Source: the human T2T-CHM13v2.0 reference genome, Homo sapiens
Assembly (NCBI RefSeq): GCF_009914755.1
Contig: NC_060932.1
Reading direction: 5' to 3' (one strand)
Length of the DNA: 64,000 nt
The notes under the pieces were generated by a model. It was given only the letters and a program-made list of their open reading frames with translations. It ran no database searches and was not told the DNA's origin. The position numbers and the translations under genes were made by a program. Shown piece after piece: positions 17,684 through 41,136 of this stretch. Position 1 is the first letter of the stretch; the number at the start of each line of letters is the position of its first letter.

Positions 17684-18024
17684 CTGGAGAATTCTACCAA
17701 ACATCTAAAAAATGAGTTAGCACCAATTTTACATATCTTCCAAAAAACAGAAGAGGATAAAATACTAACTAGTTTTATACTAACTAGTTTTATGAGATTG
17801 GTAGTACCCTGATACCAAAATCAGACCAAAAAACAGTATTAAAGCCAAAATACTATAGACCCTGGAGAATTCTACAAAACGTTTATAAAAGGAGTTAGCA
17901 CCAATTTTACATATCTTACAAAAAATAGAAGAGGATAAAATACTAACTAGTTTTATGAGATTGGTAGTACCCTCATACCCAAACCAGACCAAAAAAATAG
18001 TATAAAGCCGAAAAACTATAGACC
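17684..18024 (+). repeat. Tandem duplication (178 bp + 163 bp) with nested 15-bp duplication
   Basis: Unit ctggagaattctac...ctatagacc at 17684-17861 and 17862-18024; ATACTAACTAGTTTT twice at 17762-17791. Confidence 0.93.
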
Positions 18025-18167
18025 AATATTGCACATATAATTACACAGAGAAATCCTCAACAAACTATTAGCAAATAAAATCTAGCAATAGATAAAAAGC
18101 ACTACATACCACAGCCAAAATATGAAATGCTCTTCAAACACTAAAGAATCAACTGGATGATGGTTCC

Positions 18168-18176
18168 AAGATGGCC
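18168..18176 (+). promoter_or_regulatory. YY1 site of the L1 5'UTR promoter
   Basis: AAGATGGCC about 14 nt from the L1 5' end. Confidence 0.75.
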
Positions 18177-18348
18177 GAAAAGGAAAAACTCCAGTCTACA
18201 GCTCCCAGTGTGAGTGACGCAGAAGACAGGTGATTTCTGCATTTCCAACTGAGGTACCGGGTTAATCTCAATGGGACTGCGTGGACAGTGGGTGCAGCCC
18301 ATGAAGTGTGAGCCGAAGCAGGGTGGGGCATCACCTTACACAGGAAGC

Positions 18349-18594
18349 TCAAGGGGTCAGAGAATTCCCTTTCCTAGCCAAGGGAAGCAGTGACAGATGG
18401 TACCTTGAAAATTGGGACACTCCTGCCCTAATACTGCGCTTTTCCAATGGTCTTAGCAAATGGCACACCAGTACATTATATCCCACACCTGGCTCAGTGA
18501 GTTCCACACCCAAAGAGCCTTGCTCACTGCTAGCACAGCAGTCCCAGATCAAACTGCGAGGTGGCAGCGAGGCTGGGGGAGGGGCTTCCACCAT
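18349..18594 (-). CDS. L1 antisense ORF0, open, 81 aa (expression unproven)
   Basis: MVEAPPPASLPPRSLIWDCCASSEQGSLGVELTEPGVGYNVLVCHLLRPLEKRSIRAGVSQFSRYHLSLLPLARKGNSLTP resembles primate ORF0p (MAGAPPPASLPPCSLISDCCAS...). Kozak gcaATGG; splice donors after coding nt 106 (18489) and 191 (18404). Confidence 0.75.
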   Translation of the reverse strand: MVEAPPPASLPPRSLIWDCCASSEQGSLGVELTEPGVGYNVLVCHLLRPLEKRSIRAGVSQFSRYHLSLLPLARKGNSLTP

Positions 18595-21127
18595 TGCTGA
18601 GGCTTGACTAGGTAAACAAAGCTGCCAGGAAGCTCCAACTGGATGGAGCCCACCACAGCTCAATGAGGCCTGCCTGCCTCCATAGACTCCACCTCTGGGG
18701 GCAGGACATAGCTGAACAAAAGGCAGCAGAAACTTCTGCAGACTTAAATGTCCCTGTCTGACAGCTTTGAAAAGAGCAGTGGTTCTCCCACCATGGAGTT
18801 TGATATCTGAGAATGGACAGACTGCCTCCTCAAGTGGGTCCCCGACCCCTCAGTAGTCTAAATGGGAAACACCTCCCAGAAGGGCTGACTGACACCTCAT
18901 ACAGCAGGTGCCCCTCTGAGACGAAGCTTACAGAGGAAGGATTAGGCAGCAACATTTGTCGTTCTGCAATATTTGCTGTTCTGCAGCCTCTACTGGTGAT
19001 ACCAAGGCAAACAGGGACTGGGGTGGACCTCCACTAAACTCCAACAGACCTGCAGCTATGGGTCCTGACTGTTAGAAGGAAAACCAACAAACAGAAAGAA
19101 AGAGCATCAGCATCAACAAAAAGGACATCCACACCAAAACCTCATCTATTGGTCACCATCATTAAAGACCAAAGGTAGGTAGATAAAACTACAAAGAAGG
19201 GGAGAAACCAGAGCAGAAAAGCTGAAAATTTAAAAAACCAGAGCACCTCTTCTCCTCCAAAGATCGCAGCTCCTCGCAAGCAACGGAACAAAGATGGGCG
19301 GAGAATGACTTTGTCAAGTTGACAGAAGTAGGCTTCAGAAGATCAGTAATAACAAACTCCTCCGAGCTAAAGGAGGATGTTCAAACCCATCACAAAGAAG
19401 CTAAAAACCTTGAAAAAATGTTAGATGAATGGCTAACTAGAATAAACAGTGTAGAGAAGGCCTTAAATGACCTGATGGAGCTGAAACAATGGCATGAGAA
19501 CTATGTGATGCATGCACAAGCTTCTGTAGATGATTCAATCAAGTGGAAAAAAGGGTATCAGTGATTGAAAATCAAATAAATGACATGAAGTGAGAAGAGA
19601 AGTTTAGAGAAAAAAAGAGTAAAAAGAAATGAACAAAGCCTCCAAGAAATATGGGACTTTGTGAAAAGACCAAATCTACGTCTGATTGGTGTACCTAAAA
19701 GTGATGGGGAGAATGGACCCAAGTTGGAAAACACTCTTCAGGATATTATCCAGGAGAACTTCCCCAATCTAGCAAGGCAGACCAACATTGAAATTCAGGA
19801 AATACAGAGAACGCCACAAAGATACTCCTCCAGAAGAGCAACCCCAAGACACATAATTGTCAGATTCACCAAAGTTGAAATGAAGGAAAAAATATTAAGG
19901 GCAGCCAGAGAGAAAGGTCAGGTTACCCACAAAGGGAAGCCCATCAGACTAACAGCAGACCTCTCAGCAGAAATTCTACAAGCCAGAAGAGAGTGGGGGC
20001 CAATATGCAACATTCTTAAAGAAAAGAATTTTCAACCCAGAATTTCATATCCAGCCAAACTAAGCTTCATAAGTGAAGGAGAAATGAAATCCTTTACAGA
20101 CAAGCAAATGCTGACAGATTTTGTCACCACCAGGCCTGCCTTACAAGAGCTCCTGAAGGAAGCACTCAACATGGAAAGGAACAACCAGTACCAGCCACTA
20201 CAAAAACATGCCAAATTGTAAAGACCATCGAGGCTAGGAAGAAACTGCATCAACTAACGAGCAAAATAATCAGCTAACATTATAATGACAGGATCAAATT
20301 CAAACATAACATAACAATATTAACCTTAAATGTAAATGGGCTAAATGCCCCAATTAACAGACAAAGATTGTCAAACTGGATAAAGAGTCAAGACCCATCA
20401 GTGTGCTGTATTCAGGAGATCCATCTCACGTGCAGAGACACACATAGGCTCAAAATAAAGGGATGGAGGAAGATCTACCAAGCAAAGGGAAAACAAAAAA
20501 AAAAAAAAGGGGGGTTGCATTTCTAGTCTCTGATAAAATGGACTTCAAACCAACAAAGATCAAAAGAGACAAAGAAGGGCATTACATAATGGTAAAGGGA
20601 TCAATTCAACAAGAAGAGCTAACTATCCTAAATATATATGCACCCAATACAGGAGCACCCAGATTCATAAAGCAAGTTCTTACACACCTACAAAGAAACT
20701 AAAACTCTCACACGATAATAATGGGAGATTTTAACACCCCACTGTAAACATTAGACAGATCAATGAGACAGAAAGTTAACAAGGATATCCCGGACTTGAA
20801 CTCAGCTCTGCACCAAGCGGACCTAATAGACATCTACAGAACTCTCCACCCCAAATCAACAGAATAAACATTCTTCTAAGCACCAAATCGCACTTATTCC
20901 AAAACTGACCACATAGCCGAAACTATAGCACTCCTCAGCAAATGTAAAAGAACAGAAATCATAACAAACTGTCTCTCAGACCACAGTGCAATCAAATTAG
21001 AACTCAGGATTAAGAAACTCACTCAAAACTGCACAATTACGTGGAAACTGAACAACCTGCTCCTGAATGACTACTGGGTAAATCATGAAATGAAGGCAGA
21101 AATAAAGATGTTCTTTGAAACCAATGA

Positions 21128-21400
<273 letters not shown>

Positions 21401-24315
21401 TGATTAACAAAATAGGTAGACTGCTAGCAAGACTAATAAAGAAGAAAAGAAGAATCACATAGATGCAATAAAAAATGATAAAGGGGATATCACCACTGAT
21501 CGCACAGTAATACAAACTACCATCAAAGAATACTATAAACACCTCTACACAAATAAACTAGAAAATCTAGAAGAAAATGATGAATTCCTGGACACATACA
21601 CCCTCGCAAGACTAAACCAGGAAGAAGTTGAATCCCTGAATAGACTAAAAACAGCCTCTGAAATTGAGGCAATAATAGCCTACCAACCAAAAAAAGTCCA
21701 GGACTTCATGGATTCACAGCCAAACACTACCAGAGGTACAAAGAGAAGCTGGTACCATTCCTTCTGAAACTATTCCAATCAATAGAAAAAGAGGGAATCC
21801 TCCCTAACTCATGTTATGAGGCCAGCATCATCCTGACACCAAAGCCTGGCAGAGACACAACAAAAAAACAGAATTTTAGATCAATATCCCTGATAAACAT
21901 CGATGCAAAAATCCTCAATAAAATACTGGCAAACCAAATCCAGCAGCACCTCCAAAAGCTTAGCCACCAAGATCAAATTTGCTTTATCCCTGGGATGCAA
22001 GGCTGGTTCAACATATGCAAATCAATAGACGTAACAGAACCAAAGATCAAAACCACATGATTGTTTCAATAGATGCAGAAAATACCTTCGACAAAATTCA
22101 ACAACCTTCATGCTAAAAACTGTCAATAAACTAGGTATTGATGGAACGTATCTCAAAATAATAAGAGCTATTTATGACAAACCCATAGCCAATATCATAC
22201 TGAATGGGCAAAAACTGGAAGCATTCCCTTTGAAAACTGGCACAAGACAAGGATGCCCTTTCACCACTCATATTCAACATACTGTTGAAAGTTCTGGCCA
22301 GGGAAATCAGGCAGGAGAAAGAAAGAAAGGGTATTCAATTAGGAAAAGAGGAAGTCAAACTGTCCCTGTTTGCAGATGACATGATTGTATATCTAGAAAA
22401 CCCCATCATCTCAGCCCAAAATCTCCTTAAGCTGATAAGCAACTTCAGCAAAGTCTCAGGATACAAAATCAATGTACAAAAATCACAAGCATTCTTATAC
22501 ATCAATAACAGACAAACAGAGAGCAAAATAGTGAGTGAACTCTCATTCACAATTGCTTCAAAGAGAATAAAATACCTAGGAATCCAACTTATAAGGGATG
22601 TGAAAGACCTCTTCAAGGAGAACTACAAACCACTGCTCAACAAGATAAAAGAGGAAACAAACAAATGGAAGAACATTCCATGCTCATGGATAGGAAGAAT
22701 CAATATCATGAAAATGGCCGTACTGCCCAAGGTAATTTATAGATTCAATGCCATCCCCATCAAGCTACCAATGCCTTTCTTCACAGAATTGGAAAAAAAC
22801 TACTTTAAAATTCATATGGAACCAAAAAAGAGCCCGCATAGCCAAGACAATCCTAAGCAAAAAGAACAACACTGGAGGCATAATGCTACCTGACTTCAAA
22901 CTATACTACAAGCCTACAGTAACCAAAGCAGCATGTTACTGGTACCAAAACTGATCTATAGACCAATGGAACAGGACAGAGCCCTCAGAAATAATACCGC
23001 ACACCTACAACCATCTGATCTTTGACAAACTTGACAAAAACAAGCAATGGGGAAAGGATTCCCTATTTAATAAATGGTGCTGGGAAAACTGGCTAGCCAT
23101 ATGTAGAAAGCTGAAACTGGATTCCTTCGTTACACCTTGTACAAAAATTAATTCAAGATGGATTAAAGATTCAAATGTTAGACCTAAAACCATAAAAACC
23201 CTAGAAGGAAACCTATACCATTCAGGACACAGGCATGGGCAAGAACTTCAGGACTAAAACACCAAAAGCAATCACAACAAGAGCCAAAATAGACAAATGT
23301 GATCTGATTAAACTAAAGAGCTTCTGCACAGCAAAAGAAACTACCATCAGAGTGAAAAGGCAACCTACAGAATGGAAGAAAATTTCTGTAATCAATCCAT
23401 CTGACAAAGGACTACTATCCAGAATCTACAAAGAACTTAAACAAATTACAGGAAAAATCAAACAACCCCATCAAAAACTGGGCAAAGGATATGAACAGAC
23501 ACTTCTCAAAAGAAGACATTTATGCAGCCAACAGACACATGCAAAAAGGCTCATCATCACTGGCCATCAGAGAAATGCAAATAAAAACCACAATGAGATA
23601 CCATCTTACACCAGTTAGAATGGCGATCATTAAAAAGTCGGGAAACAACAGATGCTGGAGAGGATGTGGAGAAATAGGAACACTTTTCCACTGTTGATGG
23701 GAGTGTAAACTACTTCAACCATTGTGGAAGAGAGTGTGGCAATTCCTCAAGGATCTAGAACTAGAAAAACCATTTGACCCAGCCATCCCATTACTGGGTA
23801 TATACCCAAAAGATTATAAAACATGTTGCTATAAAGACACATGCACACGTATGTTTATTGTGGCACTATTCACAATAGCCAAGACTTGGAACCAACCAAA
23901 ATGTCCAACAATGATAGACTGGATTAAGAAAATGTGGCACATATACACCATGGAATACTCTGCAGTCATAAAAAATGGATAAGTTCATGTCCTTTGTAGG
24001 CACATGGATGAAGCTGGAAACCATCATACTGAGCAAACTATCGCAAGGACAGAAAACCAAACACCGCATGTTCTCACTCATAGGTGGGAATTGAACAATG
24101 AGAGCACTTGGACACAGGGTGGGGAACATCACACACCAGGGCCTGTCGAGGGGTGGAGGCATGGGGGAGGGATAGCACTGGGAGAAGTGCCTAATGTAAA
24201 TGACGAGTTAAGGGGTGCAGCACACCAACATGGCACATGTATACATATGTAGCATACCTGCCCATTGTGCAGATGTACCCTGGAACTTAGAGTATAATAA
24301 AAATTTAAAAAAAAA

Positions 24316-24991
24316 GAAATATGAAAACACATACACACAAATTTTTTTTCTAAGAACAAAATTCTAACAGGAACAGGAGGGGAGCTGGGCTGGCTCTAAA
24401 GTGTTCCCACCATAATGTGGAAAATACACACATGATGATATATTTGATTACTAAGATCCCATTAGGCCCATTTAGGCACTTTATGTATTTCCTTTGCTCT
24501 GGACGTTGAGTCGTTTTCTGCTCAGTTTGAAGCAACTGGCTTATTGTCTCAGAGTGGTTCTAGAACTTTGCTTTCAGGTGTGGCTGGGGAGGGAGCCCTG
24601 GCATTTCAAGACAGGTGGAGGTGATATGGTTGGACTCTGTGTTCCCACCCAAATCTCATGTTGAAATGTAACTCCCAATGCTGGAGATGGGCCTGGTGGG
24701 AGGTGACGAGGCCATGGGGGTGGCTTCTCATGGTCTAGCACCATCCCCCAGGTGCTGTCATCCCTGTTGTGAGTTCTTGTGAGATCTGGTTGTTTAAAAG
24801 TGTGTGGCACCTCTCCCCTTGCTCTCTTCCTCCTGCCCCAGCCATGTAAGATGTGCCAGCCTCTCCTGTGCCTTCTCCCATGATCATAAGTTTCCTGAGA
24901 CCTCCCTAGAAGCAGAAGCCAGTATGCTTCCTGTATAGCCTGTGGAACCGTGAGCCAATAAAACGTTTTTCTTTATAAATTAAAAAAAAAA
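24316..24991 (+). other. L1 3'-transduced segment with second poly(A) tail
   Basis: Lies between the L1 tail and a second A tail (24982-24991); TSD AAAGAATCAAC at 18143-18153 and 24992-25002 encloses both L1 and this segment. Confidence 0.88.
24622..24981 (+). mobile_element. MST (MaLR) LTR lacking its last ~50 nt
   Basis: tgatatggttggactctgtgttcccacccaaatctcatgttgaa ... AATAAA at 24957-24962, stops at ctttataaatt followed by poly(A). Confidence 0.9.
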
Positions 24992-25545
24992 AAAGAATCA
25001 ACCAACATAAGCCCCTGTGTCAATAGGCTAAAAAAGAAAAATCATATGATTATATCAATTGATGCAGAATAGCATTTGGTGCTTAATATAACGCCAATTC
25101 AAATAAAAAAAATATCTCAGGAAACTAGAAATAAAGGAGACCTTTCTCTATTTGACAAAGAACGTATTTTTAAAAACCTACAGCAAACATTGTACGTAAT
25201 GATGAAAGACTGGATGAGTTCTCTCTAAGATTGCAGACAGGGCAATGGTGTCCAATCACATCATTCCCTTACTAAAATAGCACTTGGATTTCTAACCATT
25301 TTTGTATAGCAGGAAAAAGAAATAAAATACATACAGGTTAAAAAGGAAGAAATAAAATTTTCTCTATTTGAAAATGACATTATTGTCTACATAGAAAATC
25401 CCAAGGAATGTGAAAACAATTTTCTATAACTCATAAATGCAGTCAGTAAAGTCAGAAGGTCAGAGGATATAAGAACACATTAGAAATCATTTACTTTTAT
25501 ATATTAATAATAAGCCTGTAGAAACAAAATTCTGAAACACCATAT

Positions 25546-33314
<7,769 letters not shown>

Positions 33315-34365
33315 TAAACCATACTATTTATAATCACTTCAAAGCCAAATTAAAAATTTATCAGAACATTTACAGATAATTTATGCTGAAGTTTAAAAAT
33401 GATTCCTGAAAGATACCAAAAAAAAACTAAGTAAGTGAAAAGACATAACATTTTTATAGATCAGAGGATTCAATATAGTAAAAATGACAATTCTCCTAAA
33501 ATTTTTACACATGTTTAAGGCAATTAAAGCAAGAGTATTATGAAGAATATAAATACATATTCTAAAGTCAATATATAAGAATAGAAACACATATTCTAAA
33601 ATCAATACATAAAGACCCAAGCCCAAGAATAACAATAATAATATTGAAATAAAGAATACAGTTGGAGGAATCACTTTACCTAATGTAAAGGTCTATTATG
33701 TGGCTACAGTAATCAGCTGTGATATTGTCAGAAAGACAGATATTCTGATTCATAGAATGCAATAGAGAAGTCAGAAATACACACCAATTTACCTAACAGA
33801 CTTTTGACAAGTGTGTAAAAAGAAATAATGGAGGAAGAAAAAGCTTGGAACAATGGCATACACAACAGAAAAAAGCAAAAAGATTGACTTAAAACTCACA
33901 TTTTGTACAAAAATCAACCAAAAATATTATCATAGACTTTAATGTAAAATATAAAACTATAAAAATTTAGGGAAAAATGTAGAAAATATTGCTATGTAGA
34001 GTTAGGCACATAGTTCTTATATTTTACACCAAAAGCACAATTCATTTAAAAAAATAGGCATTGGATCTCAAAAATATTAAAAATTTGTCTCATGAAAGAC
34101 TTGACTAATAGAATAAGAAAACAAGCTATGAGAGTAGGATAAAATATTTGCAAACTTATATATATATCCTATAGAGGACTGTTACCTAGAATATGGAAAG
34201 AACCTCAAAACCATAACAAAAAAAACTCACAAAGAATTCAATTAGCAAATGGGCAAAAGATGTCTAGACATTTTACTAAACTGAATATATGGCTGGCAAA
34301 TAAACACATAAAAAGGTGTTCAATGTCATGAGCTATTAAGGAAATGCAAACTAAAAGCACAATGA

Positions 34366-34482
34366 GTTAGGCAAGGTGACAAATACTTGTGGTCCCAACT
34401 ATATGGGTGGATGAGCTGGGAGGATCGCTTGAGCCCAGAAGTTCAAGACCAGCCTCAGCTACATAGCAAGATCCTGTCTCTT
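34366..34482 (+). mobile_element. FLAM (fossil Alu monomer)
   Basis: gggaggatcgcttgagcccagaagttcaagaccagcc; TSD AAAGCACAATGA at 34354-34365 and 34483-34494. Confidence 0.85.
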
Positions 34483-35873
34483 AAAGCACAATGAAATATC
34501 ACTACACAGCTGTTATCATATGACAACACCAGACTGGAGAGGATGTGAAGAAATTGAATTCTTGCAGGAAAGGATATGAAGTGTTATAATCATTCTGCAA
34601 AAAAAGTTTATAAAACAAAACTTGCATCCACCATATGGCCCAGCAAACACACCCCTAGATATTTATCTCAGATAAAGAAAAAAAATTGTTCACACAAAAA
34701 CTTGTACACAGGGTTCATAGTAGCATTGGTCATAATAGCCAAAACCTAGAAACAACTCAGATGTTCCTCAATGGATGAATAATTAAATAAACTGTGATAC
34801 ATTCATACTATAGGTTACCAATTAGAAATAAGAATGAAACTATTGATATATACGACAACTTGGATGAATCTCCAGGAAATTATGCTGAGTGAAAAAGAAA
34901 ATCCGGAAAGGTAAGTAAATACCATATGATTCTGAATATAACATTCTTAAACCATCAAAACTGTAGAAATGAAGAACAAATAAGTGATTGTCGGGGGTTA
35001 ACGTGAGGGTGGAGGAAAAGGAGTGAGGTTTCAAAAAGACAAGGGATGCCCACAGTGATGGAACTGTTCTGTGTCTTAACTGGATCAATGTCAGCATCCT
35101 AGTTGTAATATGGTATTACAGTTTTATAAGATGTTACCATTGAGAAAAACTAGGTGAATGTTGCAGATTCTCTCTGTATTATTTGTTACAACTGTATGTA
35201 CACTGATAACTGTCTCAAAATAAAAGTTTATAATCAGTGTTTAGGTAGTAATTTCCCCCATAAACTCAGGATTTGGGGACTTCAATCTGAACACGAACCT
35301 CGGTCTGTAAGCCTATTCAAAACTTCTTCCAGGGGAAAGTTTTGACTTTGTCAAAGAGTGAGCTCCAGCCTACCTCTGAATACCAGTGCAAGGCTTAGAG
35401 GAATCAGTTACCTAACCTGGTCAGAGTAATTGGGAGTGCGATTCTATTGCAGCAATGAAATGATACATCCCATAGAGTAAAGTGACCATAGGTTTCATAC
35501 TGTCACTGAGAAGAACAAAGAGAGAAATAAAATGGACCCAAACTTTAGGATTCTCTTTCATTTAATACCACAAAAGGCCTGTGTTTCAGCCACAGGCAGG
35601 TACTACAGTCTTCCATTGTTTGGAATTCAGCTACTATAAACCCCCTACCAAGCCAACTGATACTCAAGGGAAAGAGGCTAAGGACCACATAGCCATTGAT
35701 GTGTCTAGAATCTCAGAGATCTAGCATGATATCATATGCTGAAATCCTAACCCTCAATGTGATTGAGTTTGAAGATGGCATATTGAGAGACAATTAGGTT
35801 TAGATGAGGTCATGAGGATGGGGTCCTCTTGATGAGATTAGTGCCCTTATGAGAAGAAGAGACACCAGGTCGG

Positions 35874-35885
35874 TCAGTCTGTCTG

Positions 35886-35924
<39 letters not shown>

Positions 35925-35950
35925 GACACACACACACACACACATATATA
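35874..35950. repeat. Compound microsatellite (GTCT)n(CT)n(CA)n(TA)n
   Basis: Read directly. Confidence 0.9.
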
Positions 35951-36071
35951 TGAAGACACAGCAACAAGGCAGCTGTCTGCAAGCTAGTAAGGAGTCTTTA
36001 TCAGAGCCTGACCATGTTGGCACCCTGATCTCGAACTTCTAGCCTCTAGAATTGTAAGAGAATAAATTTCT

Positions 36072-36385
36072 GGCCGGGCCCGGTGGCTCATGCCTGTAAT
36101 CCCAGCATTATGGGAGGCCGAGGCGGGTGGATCATGAGGTCAGGAGATCGAGACCATCCTGGCTAACACGCTGAAACCCTGTCTCCACTAAAAATACAAA
36201 AAATTAGCCAGGCGTGGTGGTGGTCGCCTGTAGTCCCAGCTAGCAGGAGGCTGAGGCAGGAGAATGGCATGAACCCAGGAGGCAGAGGGTGCAGTGAGCC
36301 GAGATCGTGCCACTGCACTCCAGCCTGGGCGACATAGCAAGACTCTGTTTCAAAAATAAACAAACAGCAACAACAAAAAAAACCG
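36072..36385 (+). mobile_element. AluY-type SINE
   Basis: Full Alu; imperfect TSD AATAA(A/G)TTTCT. Confidence 0.92.
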
Positions 36386-36629
36386 CAGAAAATAAGTTTC
36401 TGTTGTTTAAGCCACTCAGTTCATGGTATTTTGTTATGGGACCCTAAGCTGATCGAGACACATGTGAGTAATTCTTTTGTATTCTGAAACATGTTACCCG
36501 TGGTTTATTAATAATTTTGTTGCAAATTTTATTTTTGTTTGAAACAATTTTAAACCTAAAGAAAAGTCATGTGCATAATTTTTAAAAATTGTTGTATATT
36601 CTTTGGGACCTCATTCAAACTTTGCTAAA

Positions 36630-37060
36630 TCTGATTGGCTTTAAAACATGTCTACAAGTTCTTTAGCGCTCCTTTTATAAAATGGTAGAGGCTGTTTCAG
36701 AAAATTTGGTACAGCTTCCTCCTCTCTCCCTCTTTGAAGGCTTACTCTTCTAATACAGGCACCATGAATTAAGGAAACGGAGGTACATGGATGGGCCACA
36801 TGTAGGTGTTCTGACAGGTAGTCCTATCTAAGGTCTCTGATGACAACTATGATCAGCTTCCAGGCATGGGGGTGAGCCAGTCTTCAAATGATACCAGCCC
36901 TCAAATTCTGAGCTGTCTCAGCTGTCGCCCAGTGGAGCAGGTATCAGCTACCTCCACTGAAGGCCGTTGAAATTGCAGGTTGCGAGCAAAATAAATGCCA
37001 TCAACTGATTTACAGCCACTCTGTTTTGGAGTAGTTTGCTACAGAGAAATAGATAACTAG
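36630..37060 (+). mobile_element. Old MLT1 LTR within L1MC-like fragments
   Basis: gcaaaataaatg...agccactctgttttggagtagtttgctacag...atagataact MLT1 3' end. Confidence 0.6.
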
Positions 37061-37730
37061 AAAACCATCTGTTCCAGTAACGCACTCTGTAGACAATGAA
37101 TCCAATCTAGAATCACGTGGTATACACAGCTGGCAAATGTCCAGTTTCCTTCAACAGTTTCTCAATTTTTCCTTGATTCCTGACCTTAATATCTTCCAAA
37201 ATGTTTCTCAATTTCAGATTGTGCTAAATCTCTTCAAGTTAATGCTCAAGTTATGCGTTTTTGTCTGATATAATATAGAAGTTTTTTTTCTTCCTTTAAC
37301 GTCTTATCAGATGTTGCCTGATGTCTCTTTGGCCCATGACTGGTGGTAGTTACTTTCACTAGTTGACTAAGACTGTGACAGCCAGAGGTTCCCACTGGAG
37401 TTACTTTTCCCTCTATTAAAATTAATGTTTTAAAAATGTGCTTGGAATATATGAAAAAAATCATGTCTCATATCATTTTCTCCCGTTAGTCTCATCATCC
37501 ATTGATAATTTTGCCTGAGATAAATACTACTCAGATCATTGTGAAATGGTGCTTTTCTAATCCTATGATTTCTTGTACATTTTTAGTTGGCATTCTATAG
37601 TAAAAATGATATTTATTCATTTATAATATGGATTCAAAGATTTTTATTTTATTCAATCAAACGTATTGTCATTATATATGTAAAATATATATTATATATT
37701 TATATATACAAAGGCATATATCTAAATATA

Positions 37731-39240
<1,510 letters not shown>

Positions 39241-39318
39241 ATTTTATATATATATAAAATGTATATACATATTATATTTAATATACAATATTATATGTTA
39301 TATACATATATATGCCTC

Positions 39319-39339
39319 TGTGTGTGTGTGTGTGTGTGT

Positions 39340-39372
<33 letters not shown>
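39319..39372. repeat. (TG)n microsatellite, 27 units with one AG interruption
   Basis: Read directly. Confidence 0.95.
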
Positions 39373-39376
<4 letters not shown>

Positions 39377-39806
39377 CTCAGCCCATAGAAGCATCTCCCA
39401 ACTGGCTCATATGTCTTTTTGACATGTCCCCATCATTGAGCATTTTTCTTACTCTCTAACACAGGAGACTTAAGTGTTTGGTATTTGATAATACTATTTT
39501 TACCAAGTGATAATTTTAAATAACATTACTGTTATTTATTTGTTAGTTGTAAAATAAGTACTTGTGCAGAAAAATAAAAAAAAAACATGGTCAGTAGATT
39601 AAAAAAGAAGAATGTTGAAAGTACAGGAAATGTGAATTGTATATTCACTATAAGAAATATAAAATAGTACTTCTTACTAGGTATCTGGAAATAGTTGATG
39701 CTTCTAGAGAAAATGTAAAAAGAGGGATAGAAGAAGGTGGGTAAGTAATACTAGTTATATCCCCATAATACAGTAGCTCAAATTATATAAAGTTTATTTT
39801 CTCTCA

Positions 39807-39995
<189 letters not shown>

Positions 39996-40184
39996 CTACT
40001 AAAACTACAAAAATTATCCAGGGTGCTGGTAATTGTGCCAAAATTGTTCCAGCTTTGGTCCTAAGTTATTTTCACATGTCTTTTTTTTTTTCCTCATCAA
40101 AACCCTATGTGGTAAGTGCTTCTTATAATGGTCCTTTAATAGAAGAAAAAACAAGCCTAGAGAGATTCATACTTTGTACAGTAC

Positions 40185-41136
<952 letters not shown>

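Larger units (their letters stand above)
35730..36459 (+). mobile_element. MLT1A-like MaLR LTR interrupted by a microsatellite and an Alu
   Basis: tgctgaaatcctaaccctcaatgtga ... catgttggcaccctgatctcgaacttctagcctctagaa ... gtttaagccactcagt. Confidence 0.8.

Noticed and set aside
39319-39372. (TG)n tract as a functional Z-DNA or splicing element
   Set aside because: Common microsatellite 7 kb from the exon; nothing beyond its presence supports function.
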